From Candidatus Latescibacterota bacterium (GTDB taxonomy: Bacteria; Latescibacterota; UBA2968), in NCBI GenBank assembly GCA_965208125.1, contig OZ242320.1:2016001-2080000 (forward strand): a DNA stretch of 64,000 nt, written 5' to 3'. The position numbers and the translations under genes were made by a program. Within the stretch, counting starts at the first letter, position 1; the number at the start of each line of letters is the position of its first letter. The notes under the pieces were generated by a model. The model searched no databases. It was not told where the DNA came from and saw nothing but the letters and a program-made list of their open reading frames with translations. Positions 10,271 through 20,685 of this stretch are shown here, in pieces.

Positions 10271-11424
10271 CAGCGGTTCCCTCCCAAGTCACCCCTGGTC
10301 CACAAGTCCCCCAAGCTATAACGCTTCAACCACTCGGTAAGGTCGGCCTTGTCAAGTCGGTGCATTTCCGTCTGGCTGTCGTGCTTTTCGCAGACTACGA
10401 TGCTCTCCGGTGTATCAGTTAAGGTGTCCACGAGCATGTCGGAGTGCGTTGTGACAATAAGTTGGCACCTTTGCGATGCCTCGCGCAACAGGTCGCTGAG
10501 GACTGGCAGAACGTCGGGATGCAAGCCCAGTTCAGGCTCTTCAATACAGACCAGTGGTGGGGGATTTGGGTGGCAAAGGATAGCCAACAGGCACAGAAAG
10601 CGTAGCGTACCATCGGATAATCGCGTTGCTGGAACCATGATATTTTTTTCTTGGACTAAGACCTGAACGGTTCCGCCTTCAATGATGACGTCCAGGTCAA
10701 TCACGCCTTCGTAGAGTTGGCGCATGGTTTCCAGTATGCGATCTTTGACTTTTGGCTCCCGCTTCAACCGATTCAGCACCAGTCCCAGGTTTCTTCCATC
10801 TTCGAGCAAAAAGTCGTTGGGCAGATCCGCTGGTTGTGGCTGACGCGGCGGCGTGCGGCGACCAAAGGAACTTTCGCGGTAGAGTCGCATGCGGTCAAAT
10901 GTCTCGCCAAGCCATGTCAGTTCCGGGTATTGATCCGGGTCCTTCCGCTGGGCAAGAATGGATTGCTGTGGATTGATCTCGTCCATGCGTAACTGGTGTT
11001 GCTTTTCACCTCTGTAGCTCAGAGTGGCACGGCCATACTGCAATTCGTAATGTGGCATTGTGTGAAAGAGGTCTCGCTCTTTGTTTTCTATCCTCTCTTC
11101 TGTCAACTCGAACTGCTGGCCCCTCTCTGCGAATTCGAGGCGATATCGCAGTGCTGACCCCTTCGGGTTATCCAGAAGCACTTCGATATGGGCCGACGAT
11201 GCTTTGGGATCACCTCGCCAAAGCCAGTCGCGGATGCCTCCACCTTCTCGAATTGGAGCCGTGAGGTCTCTGGGCGTGGCTTTTAGCAGGCCAATCGCCT
11301 CAATAAGATTGGATTTCCCGGAGCCATTGGGACCGATAAGAACATTCAGGGAACGAAGTTCCAGTGCTTCGGTATCGGGCCCGAAGGAGAGCAGATTTTC
11401 CAGTTTGATGTGCTTGATAAACAT
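10267..11424 (-). CDS. ABC/SMC-like AAA ATPase (AAA_21 type)
   Basis: Walker A GPNGSGKS, signature LSDGT, Walker B IEEPELGLHP and TTHS switch. Confidence 0.92.
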   Translation of the reverse strand: MFIKHIKLENLLSFGPDTEALELRSLNVLIGPNGSGKSNLIEAIGLLKATPRDLTAPIREGGGIRDWLWRGDPKASSAHIEVLLDNPKGSALRYRLEFAERGQQFELTEERIENKERDLFHTMPHYELQYGRATLSYRGEKQHQLRMDEINPQQSILAQRKDPDQYPELTWLGETFDRMRLYRESSFGRRTPPRQPQPADLPNDFLLEDGRNLGLVLNRLKREPKVKDRILETMRQLYEGVIDLDVIIEGGTVQVLVQEKNIMVPATRLSDGTLRFLCLLAILCHPNPPPLVCIEEPELGLHPDVLPVLSDLLREASQRCQLIVTTHSDMLVDTLTDTPESIVVCEKHDSQTEMHRLDKADLTEWLKRYSLGDLWTRGDLGGNRW

Positions 11425-11453
11425 GGTTCGTCCTTGTTCGTCAAGTTTCTATA

Positions 11454-12074
11454 TCAATCTATCGGAATGAAGATATTCTGTGTTTCGAAACCAACGAAAT
11501 AGTCGATAGCCATCAAAAACGGATAGATAGCAGCCTCGTACCAGTTTAGACCGGTAGCGTCTTCAACAGCCCAGGGTGCTACTATGACATAAAAAATTCC
11601 AATATAGATCACTATAGCAAGCCCTTGTTTCAACACGAAGCCGGATATTCTCCACATGATAATATTGACCCGTTCTTGTTGTGGCGGTATGAAGTCAAAA
11701 GCAATGGCAATAGATTCTAATAGGCCCGGATTGCCTATGTACCTATCTACAATCATTTTTTTTAAATTTCCACCATATTCTATCACCAATAGCCATATAG
11801 GCGGGAAATATTTAAAGAAAAAATACAACATTGACGACAAGTAAACACTACACACTAAAAAACGCACCACTTCTGAGTCAAAGAAAAAGGGGCATACATA
11901 TATAGAAAAAGATAGTGCAGTAACATTGATAATGGCGTTTGAGCAGAATTCTGTAAAGAGATTTTTGAGATCAACTTCTATTGTATTTTCTGCATCATCC
12001 GCGAATGCATTGCTAACCATCTTTTTTATTAAAGCAAACCCAATCGGTGCTAAAAATCTAAGAAATGGCAACAT
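11454..12074 (-). CDS. AT-rich hypothetical membrane protein (206 aa)
   Basis: Several hydrophobic segments; visibly more AT-rich than the flanks; ATG abuts the sulfatase stop. Confidence 0.65.
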   Translation of the reverse strand: MLPFLRFLAPIGFALIKKMVSNAFADDAENTIEVDLKNLFTEFCSNAIINVTALSFSIYVCPFFFDSEVVRFLVCSVYLSSMLYFFFKYFPPIWLLVIEYGGNLKKMIVDRYIGNPGLLESIAIAFDFIPPQQERVNIIMWRISGFVLKQGLAIVIYIGIFYVIVAPWAVEDATGLNWYEAAIYPFLMAIDYFVGFETQNIFIPID

Positions 12075-13613
12075 TTAATACCTCTGATAATAAATGTCCA
12101 GCAGTTTTTCAGACATAGACTCAACGAGGTGGCTGTGTTGTTCTGATGCGATGAGGTTCTGGCGCTCGTCTTCTGTGGGGTTGTCTTTTAAGTTGAAGAG
12201 GGCGTGGTGTTTTAATTCCCCTTCTAATATGAGTTCTTGCCCGACGATCAATTTCCAATCCCCATCTCGCAGCGAGAGCATGGGTCCCATGATGTAGTCG
12301 TCGTGGAGGACGAGGGGGTGGGGTTCAAATTCATCGTCTTTCAGGCCCGTGAGAAAGGGCGCGATGCTGGTGCTGTCTTCGGCGAATCCCTCGTGCGGGG
12401 ATGCTTCGATGCCGACGAGGTCTGCGATGGATAATATGAGGTCGTTGAGTCCATACGTGATGTGGCTGGTGCGCCCGGAGGTCGCGTCGTTGCCGTCGCC
12501 GATGTTGCCCTGTTTCCAGAAGGCGATTGTGGGCACGCGATGGCCGCCTTCGTGGATGTGGGCTTTGCGACCGCGGTAGTAGCCGCTGGATTCTTTGCCC
12601 GCGTTTTCCGCGCCGTTGTCGCTGGAGAAGATGAAGAGGGTGTTGTCGATGAGTTTGTGGCCCGGGTTGCGCGGGTCGTCGTGGGTTTCGAGGTAGTTGA
12701 GCAATTGGCCGACTGCGACATCGTTTTCGTATATGAAGTCGAGGCGTTCGGGCGTGTTGTGCTCGCAGCCGCCGACCTGGTCGCGCTGTTTGCCCCATTC
12801 GGTGCTTTCCCAGCCATTGGGGTCGTTGGTGGTTGCGTGTGGGCGCGAGAGTTCGCGTTTGCCGTTTTTGAAGTGCGCCTGTCCCGTGATGGGTACGCCG
12901 TTGAGTGCGTCGCACGGTGTGTGGGGTGTGTGATTGGAATTGGCGGCGTAGTAGAGGAAGAAGGGTTGTTGTTTTGTGTCTTCTTCTGCGAGATGGGTGT
13001 CGAGAAAGCCAACGGCGTGCTGGAAGTTCATGGACCCGGTTTTGTACAGGTCGTAACCCGAGATGTCGTGAGGGTTTTTGCCGGTTGCGCCGATGCAGCG
13101 GCGGTTTTCGATCCAGCCCGCATTGGCAGAGGTTCCATGGCTTCGGTTGGTGATGAAGTGGTAGTCGAAGCCGTGTTCTTCGGGGCAGTCGGTCAGGGGT
13201 TGGCGCACGTCTGCGTCGTCCCATCCCTCGGCGGGTGAGCCGTCGGATTTTGTGTAGGTCAGGCCCACGTGCCATTTGCCCGAGATGCCCGTGCGATATC
13301 CGGCTTCTTTGAGGATGGTGGCGAGTGTGGGCCGTTCTTTTTCGATGAGCGGCGGATAGTGGGGACCAAAGGCGACTTTGTGTTTGAGTTGCGTGCGCCA
13401 GCAATAGCGTCCGGTGAGGAGGGCGTAGCGCGTGGGAGTGCAGACGGTTGATGGGGTATGTGCATCGGTAAAGCGCACGCCCAGGCGCGCGAGGCGTTCC
13501 AGACTGGGGGTGTGAAGTTGTTCGTCGTCGCGATTGCCGGTCCAGTCCTGATACGCGCTGGTGTCGCCCGTGCCCATGTCATCGACGAGGAAGATGATGA
13601 TGTTGGGTTGCAT
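12075..13613 (-). CDS. sulfatase
   Basis: PNIIIFLVDDMG, CTPTRYALLTGR, GKWH, SDNG. Confidence 0.95.
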   Translation of the reverse strand: MQPNIIIFLVDDMGTGDTSAYQDWTGNRDDEQLHTPSLERLARLGVRFTDAHTPSTVCTPTRYALLTGRYCWRTQLKHKVAFGPHYPPLIEKERPTLATILKEAGYRTGISGKWHVGLTYTKSDGSPAEGWDDADVRQPLTDCPEEHGFDYHFITNRSHGTSANAGWIENRRCIGATGKNPHDISGYDLYKTGSMNFQHAVGFLDTHLAEEDTKQQPFFLYYAANSNHTPHTPCDALNGVPITGQAHFKNGKRELSRPHATTNDPNGWESTEWGKQRDQVGGCEHNTPERLDFIYENDVAVGQLLNYLETHDDPRNPGHKLIDNTLFIFSSDNGAENAGKESSGYYRGRKAHIHEGGHRVPTIAFWKQGNIGDGNDATSGRTSHITYGLNDLILSIADLVGIEASPHEGFAEDSTSIAPFLTGLKDDEFEPHPLVLHDDYIMGPMLSLRDGDWKLIVGQELILEGELKHHALFNLKDNPTEDERQNLIASEQHSHLVESMSEKLLDIYYQRY

Positions 13614-13621
13614 GTGTCTCC

Positions 13622-15847
13622 TTATTTCATGTCGAGGAGTTGAACGCTCAGATAAGAGGGTCTTTGAGAGGGTAAGAGGATGGCGCAGATTGTGTTTTCG
13701 CCGGGGATCAGGATATCGAATTCGTCGGGATGGAGCAGGGCGCAGGTTTCCGAGATGGGTGCGGAGTGCTGCCTGACGCGGAGGCTGCGGATGAGTTGGC
13801 CGTTGATGAAGATCTGGCAGTCGGCAGATGAGGTGACGTAGAATAGGGGTTTATCAGGGCGTTGGTTCAGGTCGATGGTGGTGCGAAGATAGACGGGGGT
13901 CCCTTCTGCTGTGCCAAATGGGCCTTTGCCAGCGTTCCAGGATGAATCGTCGAAGTGGGTTTGACACCAGTCGCCGCCGTAGTTTGGCAGGTTGGCGCGG
14001 GGCGAGGTGTGTATGGCGGGGAGAGGGGATACGTCGCCCGTGCTGTATCGCCATTCGGTGTGGGGACCGATGATGGTTTCAAATTGTGGGGGATCCCAGA
14101 GTGTGGCGTGGATTTTGCCGAGTTCGTCGGGGTCAATTTTGGAGATTTTGCGGTCGTAGGTGAGCCAGCCGTTGAGTTCGTGTTCGACGTCGGTGATCTG
14201 GGTATATACGACGCCGTTGAGGGGCGTGAGGCCGACCATTGCGCGGAGGTTTTCGACCCAGAAGCGATAGTCGTCTTCCATCGCCTGTGGTGTTGGATAT
14301 GTGGGGCGGGTGATGTCGTTGATGTGGTCAATGTGTTCGGATGGCTCTTCGTGGTCGTACCAGGTGTGACCCGGGATGCAGAGGTTGAATCCGCCCGCTT
14401 CGCCCAGGAGGACGATGCGGTCATTCGCGCTTTGTTGCCGCGCTGTGGCGGGGTAGAAGGTGTAGTCGTGTATGTCGCAGATGTCGCCCGTGCCCATGTC
14501 GGCCCAGCCGCTGGCGCTGGTGACGAGGCGAGAGGGGTCGCGTTGTGCGACGTGGTCAGTGAGGCGTTCGGTGTCGTGTTGCCCCCAGCCTTCGTTGAAG
14601 ATGACCCACTGGACAACACTGGGGTGGTTGTGCAGCCAGTCCATGATGTTTTCAAATTCGGTCTGCCATTGTTGTGCGGCTTCGGGGGTGACGCTTTGTC
14701 CAAATTTGGGCATGCAGACCATGTCTTGCCAGACCAATAGGCCGAGTCTGGTCGCAGTGATAGTACCAGCGGTCGGGATGGGTTTTGACGTGTACGCGCA
14801 CCATGTTGCAGGCGATTTGTTTGAGGTACTGGAGGTCGAAGAGGATGGCTTCGTCAGATGGTGGGGTGAGGATGCCGTCGGGCCAATAGCCCTGGTCCAG
14901 AGGGCCGAGTTGAAAGATGGGTTTGTCGTTGAGGAGGAAGCGTTTGATGCCGTTTTCGTCTTCGCCGATGGATATTTTTCGCATGCCAAAGTAGCTGTCG
15001 ATTGTGTCGATGGTTTCGCCGTTGTGTTGTACTTTGACTTTGAGGTCGTAGAGGAAGGGGTGGTCTGGATGCCAGAGTTTTGCGTTTGGGATGCTGAGGG
15101 AGATGGTGTGGTCGGCCCGTCCGGTTGCTTCGGAGATTTGCCGGTTGCCGTCATAGGCGATTGTTTGAATTTGGAATTCGTCTCAGACCTTTCGCCTGAG
15201 ACAGTAATATCTATCTTTTCAGCGTCTATATCGGGTGTGAGACGAAGGGTGCGGATGGATTGCTCTGGTACGGCTTCGAGCCAGACGGTTTGCCAGATGC
15301 CGCCGGTGGGTTGATACCGAAATCCCTGGCGGTTTTCCGGCATGATTTGTTTGCCAAGGGCTTGGGGCTGTTGCTCGGTGGCGTCCCAGCAGGAGACGGT
15401 GAGTTCGTTCGCGCCGTCTGTTAAATGGTCGGTGATGTCAAAGGTGAAGGGGTCGTATCCGCCGCGATGTTGACCCGCTTGCTCGCCGTTGATATAGGCA
15501 CTGGTTTCCCAGTCAGATGCCTGAAAATGGAGGAGTACGCGTTTGCCCGTCCAGGCGTCGGGAATGGTAAAATTTCGGCGATACCAGAGCCGCTGGTCCG
15601 GGCGGAGAATTTCCATGATGCCAGAGAGGGGGGCGTCAATGGCAAAGGGTACGAGGATTTGACCCTGATAGGTATCAGGTGCGCTGGTGGTGCCGATGGG
15701 TTCGAGGGCGTAGTCCCACAGGCCGTTGAGGTTTTGCCAGTGTTGGCGCACCATTTGAGGGCGCGGGTGTTCTGGCAGGGCGTTATCGGGGGAGACGTTT
15801 TCCGCAAAAGGCGTTGAGATGTGTTTGGTCACGGGGTTCCAGGTCAT
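13622..15847 (-). CDS. GH2 glycoside hydrolase with two compensating frameshifts (about 15190 and 14750)
   Basis: PRPQMVR, WQNLNGLW, GIWQTVWLE and NEGWGQ are in the long frame. KLWHPDHPFLYDL and GPLDQGYWPDG...NMVRVHVK...YYHCD are in an alternative frame. Confidence 0.85.
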   Translation of the reverse strand: MTWNPVTKHISTPFAENVSPDNALPEHPRPQMVRQHWQNLNGLWDYALEPIGTTSAPDTYQGQILVPFAIDAPLSGIMEILRPDQRLWYRRNFTIPDAWTGKRVLLHFQASDWETSAYINGEQAGQHRGGYDPFTFDITDHLTDGANELTVSCWDATEQQPQALGKQIMPENRQGFRYQPTGGIWQTVWLEAVPEQSIRTLRLTPDIDAEKIDITVSGERSETNSKFKQSPMTATGKSPKQPDGPTTPSPSASQTQNSGIQTTPSSTTSKSKYNTTAKPSTQSTATLACEKYPSAKTKTASNASSSTTNPSFNSALWTRAIGPTASSPHHLTKPSSSTSSTSNKSPATWCAYTSKPIPTAGTITATRLGLLVWQDMVCMPKFGQSVTPEAAQQWQTEFENIMDWLHNHPSVVQWVIFNEGWGQHDTERLTDHVAQRDPSRLVTSASGWADMGTGDICDIHDYTFYPATARQQSANDRIVLLGEAGGFNLCIPGHTWYDHEEPSEHIDHINDITRPTYPTPQAMEDDYRFWVENLRAMVGLTPLNGVVYTQITDVEHELNGWLTYDRKISKIDPDELGKIHATLWDPPQFETIIGPHTEWRYSTGDVSPLPAIHTSPRANLPNYGGDWCQTHFDDSSWNAGKGPFGTAEGTPVYLRTTIDLNQRPDKPLFYVTSSADCQIFINGQLIRSLRVRQHSAPISETCALLHPDEFDILIPGENTICAILLPSQRPSYLSVQLLDMK

Positions 15848-15850
15848 CTC

Positions 15851-17260
15851 TTAAGCTACCTTTTTGGGTCTTCTTTGTGTCTGACCTCTGGGTTCGCTGT
15901 CCCAGCGCAGCGCCTGGAGGCGATGCATGGCGGCTCTGAGTGCTTCGGGCGTGCCGATGCGATAGAGGCCGTGTACCGCAAATCCGCGAACGTAGTGGTT
16001 GCCATCGCGCATGGCGTCTGCCAATTCGGGAATGGCTTCTTCGGCATGGATGCCCAATCGCGCGAGGGAGAGGGCGGCATTGCGTCGCACAAAGTCGCTT
16101 TCATCTGTAGATAGGATGTCGGCGAGCGGGCGCACGGCTTCCGTGGTGTTCTGGCTAATGGTGCCCAGGGATTCTGCGGCGTGTGCGCGTGTGTCTTCAT
16201 CGGTGTCCTGCAACAGGGCGATGAGATCGGGCGTGGCTGATTTTGCTCGCAAGCCCAGGTCGCCGAGTACATCGACTGCGCGCATGCGGATTTTTGGGTT
16301 CGAATTTTTGGTGAGTTCGAGCAGTGCGGGTACGGCAGCTTCGCCGACGTTTGTGAATCCGTATCCCGCGTTTCGCGGCGGGTTCTCATCCTCCGTGTCT
16401 TTGAGTGCGTCGATCATGGCGGGAATCGCTTTTTCGCCCTGTAATCCGAGGGTGTAGGACGCATGGAGGGCGGCGGCTTCGTCGGGGTTAGATAGTTGCT
16501 CGCTCAGGGTTTCGGTTGATGCTCCGTTGCTCGCATGTTCGGGTGCTTTGCCCAGGTGCCAGTCCCACATGGCCTGCCATATCGGTTCTTGTGGATCGTC
16601 GGATGCGACCCAGGTTTCGTCGCTGTGATCCCATGTCGGTTCGGTAGGCTCTGTCATGCGCGTGAACAGGAACTTGACCATGTGGCGCGTGATCTCTGTG
16701 TAGTTGGCTTCTTTTTTGTGCAGGATGTCGTAGTGAATGAGTGCGACGGTTCCCGCGGGTCCCGCTGTGAAGAGGTGTTCTCCTGCCTGGTCGCGGGCGG
16801 TGATGTATTGCGATCTGGGGGTTACGCTGGTCGGTCCCATTTCACGGGGTGTGTCCTGAGGGTAATACATCGCCATCATCCAGCGGCAGTGGTGGTGGCG
16901 GCGGTTTTGGTCGGCGCAAAATCGGCTGTTGTGCAAGCTGTCTTTGTGCATGGTGCGCGCATCGCTACCCGGGCGGCTTTCGTGAACGTGGCGGTGCAGG
17001 TGCAGATAATAATCGGGTCCGAGGATGCTGGAAAATGCGCCGTGGACAATGGGGTGATCCCATACGTCTTGCAGTTCTGGTACGGCGGGGAGGAGGTTGT
17101 TGCCGGGATTTCTGCCGTTGTTTTTTTCAAAGGATTCGTCGATGCGTTTATAGACTTTTTCGTGAAATCCCTCCGGGAAGTCGGGGTGGAGGATCAAATA
17201 TCCATCGCGGATAAATTGCTGCATTTGCTCGTCGGTCAATAAGACGGGTTTGTCTGCCAT
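15851..17260 (-). CDS. PhyH-type Fe/2OG dioxygenase fused to HEAT/PBS-lyase repeats
   Basis: LTDEQMQQFIRDGYL, HKD and distal H motifs; C-terminal repeats such as RMRAVDVLGDLG and RRNAALSLARLG; start taken at MADKP with an AAGGA RBS. Confidence 0.85.
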   Translation of the reverse strand: MADKPVLLTDEQMQQFIRDGYLILHPDFPEGFHEKVYKRIDESFEKNNGRNPGNNLLPAVPELQDVWDHPIVHGAFSSILGPDYYLHLHRHVHESRPGSDARTMHKDSLHNSRFCADQNRRHHHCRWMMAMYYPQDTPREMGPTSVTPRSQYITARDQAGEHLFTAGPAGTVALIHYDILHKKEANYTEITRHMVKFLFTRMTEPTEPTWDHSDETWVASDDPQEPIWQAMWDWHLGKAPEHASNGASTETLSEQLSNPDEAAALHASYTLGLQGEKAIPAMIDALKDTEDENPPRNAGYGFTNVGEAAVPALLELTKNSNPKIRMRAVDVLGDLGLRAKSATPDLIALLQDTDEDTRAHAAESLGTISQNTTEAVRPLADILSTDESDFVRRNAALSLARLGIHAEEAIPELADAMRDGNHYVRGFAVHGLYRIGTPEALRAAMHRLQALRWDSEPRGQTQRRPKKVA

Positions 17261-17354
17261 GTCGGTTTCCTTTCTGGTGTTATGGATGGCTTGGATATAT
17301 AAATATTTCATAATACCTCTATTTAATCAAGGATATTTTGTTTATGATCGCATG

Positions 17355-18137
17355 CTACAATTGCAACGCGATACTGCCCTGATTTTTCTCGTTGAACGTA
17401 TCCATGTAATCCCTGCGCTCAAAGAACTGGCTGGTGTCGTAGAGGAAGGCGTATTTGCCGTTCCGATCACAGCCGGTTTCGAGGGCGACGCGGTTGATTT
17501 CGGCGATGTTGGGATAGGAGGGCCAGAGGATGCCGTCCTCGCAGTAGGAGGTGTCGATGAAGTAGCGTTTGTAAATGCCGCCGCCGGGTTTGGGGCGGCG
17601 GGCGTGTTGCAGGGCGGAGTGGACGATGATGATGGAGCCGGGGGCCAGGTTGTCGATGGTCCGCGAGCCGGGCAGGTCTTCGAATTGAAATTGGCGATAG
17701 GCATCGTTGGCCATGACTTTTTTGTGGGTGCCGGGCATGACGAGGAGGTCGCCCACTTCGCCGTTCAGGCCGTCCATGTACATGAATACGTGGACCATGA
17801 GGTGCGAGCGATTTGTTTGCGGGAGTTGTGCATAATCCTGATGCCACGCTACCCCGCGTTCTCCGGGCAGTTGCCATCGGGCGTGGATGTGGTGATGGAC
17901 GAATTTTTTGCCTTTCATCAGATCGGCCACGCGATCTACAACACCGGGTTCAGACGTGAGCAGGCCGAGTTCTGGATACGCCATGAGCATGGGGCGGTCA
18001 CCTTTTTCGCGGTCGATCATGAGTTGATCGACATCGGCTTTGATGCGTTCGTTGAGGTCGTGGTCGAAGAGGCCTTCGAATACGAGGTATCCCTCTTCGT
18101 CGAATTGGGCGATGTCGTCGGGTGTGAGGTGGTTCAT
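17355..18137 (-). CDS. PhyH-family Fe/2OG dioxygenase
   Basis: QFDEEGYL, WHQD, PGTH, HSALQH. Confidence 0.88.
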   Translation of the reverse strand: MNHLTPDDIAQFDEEGYLVFEGLFDHDLNERIKADVDQLMIDREKGDRPMLMAYPELGLLTSEPGVVDRVADLMKGKKFVHHHIHARWQLPGERGVAWHQDYAQLPQTNRSHLMVHVFMYMDGLNGEVGDLLVMPGTHKKVMANDAYRQFQFEDLPGSRTIDNLAPGSIIIVHSALQHARRPKPGGGIYKRYFIDTSYCEDGILWPSYPNIAEINRVALETGCDRNGKYAFLYDTSQFFERRDYMDTFNEKNQGSIALQL

Positions 18138-19624
18138 GAGTTTCCCTCCAAATAGGCGTGAGCCAGATGCATATCGGGGTTTCCGTGGGCAAAGTTGCCG
18201 TCGCAGGCCCTGAGGAGTTGGCGTGCGAGTTGATCGGCTTTGTCGGGATATTCGGCAGCGAGGTCATTTTCTTCCCGGTAGTCGTCCAGGATGTTGTAGA
18301 GTTGGAAGTTGTTGGTTTTGTTGATGTGGCGCAATTTCCAGCCGTCGGCTGTGGTGAGTGCAGGACCGAGACGCGATGAAAAGACGACGGGTGCGTGGGG
18401 GCGTTGCTCTTTGCCCAAAAGGGTGGGTAAGAAGGATTCGCCGTCTTTCCAGTCGGATGTTTCTTCGCCTGTGAGATCGGATAGTGTGGGCATAAAATCG
18501 TAATTGGCGATCATGTGATCGGTTGTGCCGGGGGAGATGCGACCGGGCCAGCGTGCGATGTAGGGCAGGCGGGTGCCGCCTTCCCAGCTCGTCCATTTGA
18601 GGCCGGCCATGCCGTCGTTGCCATTGAAGATGTCGCCGCTTTGTTCGGTTGTGTGCCGGGTGGTGATGTCGTCATAGCGGATGCCGTCGAGGCTTTGTCT
18701 TTTGACGGTGCGGCCTTGTTGTGCGGCGTAGATTTCGTGGCCGTTGTCAGAGCTGAAGAAGACGATGGTGTTGTCGGCAATGCCGAGCGCGTCGAGTTCG
18801 TTGAGGATGATGCCAACGGTGTCGTCGAGGCGGAGGATCATGGATGCGTATTCTTTTTCAAAATCGGTGAGTTCTGGCACGTCTTTTACGCCCGGGTGAA
18901 TTTCGGGAACGGAGATGGGTCCGTGGGGCAGTTGTGAGGGGTGGAAGAGGAAGAAGGGTTGGTTGCGATGTTTGCGGAGGAAATCGACGATTTTGTCGTT
19001 GAAGAGGTCCTGGGAGTAGGTGACTTTTCCGGTCATGTCGTGGCGGATGGCCGCGTTTTCCGGAGATTCTGAACCGGGGTGGTTGCCGCAGTCGGGATGG
19101 GTGTTGCCGGGTATTTCGACGATGTCGCCATTTTCAAAGAGGAATGGCGGATAGAAGCCGTGGCAGAGTTGATGGTCGTAGTAGCCGTAGTGGTAATCCC
19201 ATCCATGCCGACGAATGCGTTCTGGCGTTGTGGCAAAGCCCCATTCGAGTTTGCCAATTTGTCCCGTGACATAGCCTGCGCGTTGTGCGATTTGCGCGAG
19301 GAAGACTTCGTCGGGGCGTTCTTGAAGGCCGGTGTTGTTGATGAGTTCGGCGATGTGTTCAAAGGTCATCGTGCCTTCGGCCATGGGACGGTAGAGACCG
19401 CCTCTGGTGAAGGTCCATCGGCCCGCGTGTGCGTCGTGATAGCCGGTCATGAGGCTGGCGCGTGCCGGGGCGCAAAAGATGCAGCCATAGGCGCGGGTGA
19501 ATTGCAAGCCTTCGCGGGAGAGGCGGTCGATATTGGGGGTTTGAAAGTGTTTTTGGCCGTAGCAGGAGAGCATGCCGCGGCCCAGGTCGTCGCCGTAGAT
19601 GTAGATGATGTTGGGATTGGACAT
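18134..19624 (-). CDS. sulfatase
   Basis: PNIIYIYGDDLG, CAPARASLMTG, SDNG. Confidence 0.93.
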   Translation of the reverse strand: MSNPNIIYIYGDDLGRGMLSCYGQKHFQTPNIDRLSREGLQFTRAYGCIFCAPARASLMTGYHDAHAGRWTFTRGGLYRPMAEGTMTFEHIAELINNTGLQERPDEVFLAQIAQRAGYVTGQIGKLEWGFATTPERIRRHGWDYHYGYYDHQLCHGFYPPFLFENGDIVEIPGNTHPDCGNHPGSESPENAAIRHDMTGKVTYSQDLFNDKIVDFLRKHRNQPFFLFHPSQLPHGPISVPEIHPGVKDVPELTDFEKEYASMILRLDDTVGIILNELDALGIADNTIVFFSSDNGHEIYAAQQGRTVKRQSLDGIRYDDITTRHTTEQSGDIFNGNDGMAGLKWTSWEGGTRLPYIARWPGRISPGTTDHMIANYDFMPTLSDLTGEETSDWKDGESFLPTLLGKEQRPHAPVVFSSRLGPALTTADGWKLRHINKTNNFQLYNILDDYREENDLAAEYPDKADQLARQLLRACDGNFAHGNPDMHLAHAYLEGNS

Positions 19625-19635
19625 TGAGATTCCTT

Positions 19636-20685
19636 TTACAGTTCGGTGACATCGACGGCTTTGCGCTGTGTTGTTGCCTGGTGCGCGGCGTGGATGAGCG
19701 AGAGGTTGTGGCGGGCGTGTTCGGCGGTGATTGGAGGTGATTTGCCTTCTGCGAGTGCTTTGAATGTGGCGGCAAAATAGTTGGCGTGTCCAGCGCGGGA
19801 TAGAGCGTCTGCGCTGAGGCCATGGTCGAGGTCAACGGATCGCCATCTGCGGTCGGCTTTGTCGAGGTAGCGGAGTTCGCGCCCGCGCCCGACAATGCGG
19901 ATGGCATGTGTGCGGGTATAGACTTCGCATATACTCTGGTCGCCGCCGGGCATGCCCCAGGATGTAGAGACGGTGGAGATGGCGCCGTTTTCGTGTTCAA
20001 AGAGGAGGAAGGCGACATCATCGACGTCGAAATCGAAAAATTTGGTCTGTACGCGGGCTTCCACGTAGCGCACGGGTGAGCCGATCATGGTTTCGATGAG
20101 GTAAATTTCGTGGTAGGCGCTGTCGCCAATACAGCCGCCGCCAGCTGCTCTGGATGCGCGCCAGACGCTGTTGGGGTCGGTCTGGTCTTCTGTTTTGCCA
20201 AAGAGGGAGAGGGCGCGGCCCGTTTGAGGCGTTCCTGTGTTTTCTTCGCGCAATAGTCTGAGGGCTTCTGCGGTGCCTGGTGTGTAGAGGAAGTTGTGTA
20301 CAATGGTGTAGGGGATGTTGTGTTTTTTTACGGCGTCGAGGAGTTGGTCGGCTTCTTCGAGGGATGTTGCCATGGGTTTTTCCGAGATGATGGCGACACC
20401 TGCCTGTGCGGCTTCGATGACGTGTTCGGCGTGCAGGTGATGGGGGGTGGCGATGATGACGGCGTCGAGTTCGGCACGGGCGAGCATGTGGCGGTGGTCT
20501 TCGTAGCGTTGTTCCGAAAGGATATCTGCTGCCGTGCCAACGCGGTTTCTGTTTTCGGGGATGGGGTCGGCTATTGCCGAGATGGTTACGAGATCGGGGA
20601 TGTCGAGCAGGCCCTGAAGATGGGATTTTTGGACGATGCCACCGCAGCCTATCAGGCCCAGGCGGATGTTTTGTTCACGAGGCAT
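19636..20685 (-). CDS. Gfo/Idh/MocA oxidoreductase
   Basis: GLIGCGGI, IATPHHLH, SEKPMA, GGGCIGD. Confidence 0.92.
   Translation of the reverse strand: MPREQNIRLGLIGCGGIVQKSHLQGLLDIPDLVTISAIADPIPENRNRVGTAADILSEQRYEDHRHMLARAELDAVIIATPHHLHAEHVIEAAQAGVAIISEKPMATSLEEADQLLDAVKKHNIPYTIVHNFLYTPGTAEALRLLREENTGTPQTGRALSLFGKTEDQTDPNSVWRASRAAGGGCIGDSAYHEIYLIETMIGSPVRYVEARVQTKFFDFDVDDVAFLLFEHENGAISTVSTSWGMPGGDQSICEVYTRTHAIRIVGRGRELRYLDKADRRWRSVDLDHGLSADALSRAGHANYFAATFKALAEGKSPPITAEHARHNLSLIHAAHQATTQRKAVDVTEL

Noticed and set aside
17261-17311. Upstream start MKYLYI with its own RBS
   Set aside because: The segment is AT-rich and unlike the gene; the PhyH domain begins at 17260. It may be a relic start, but the support is too weak.
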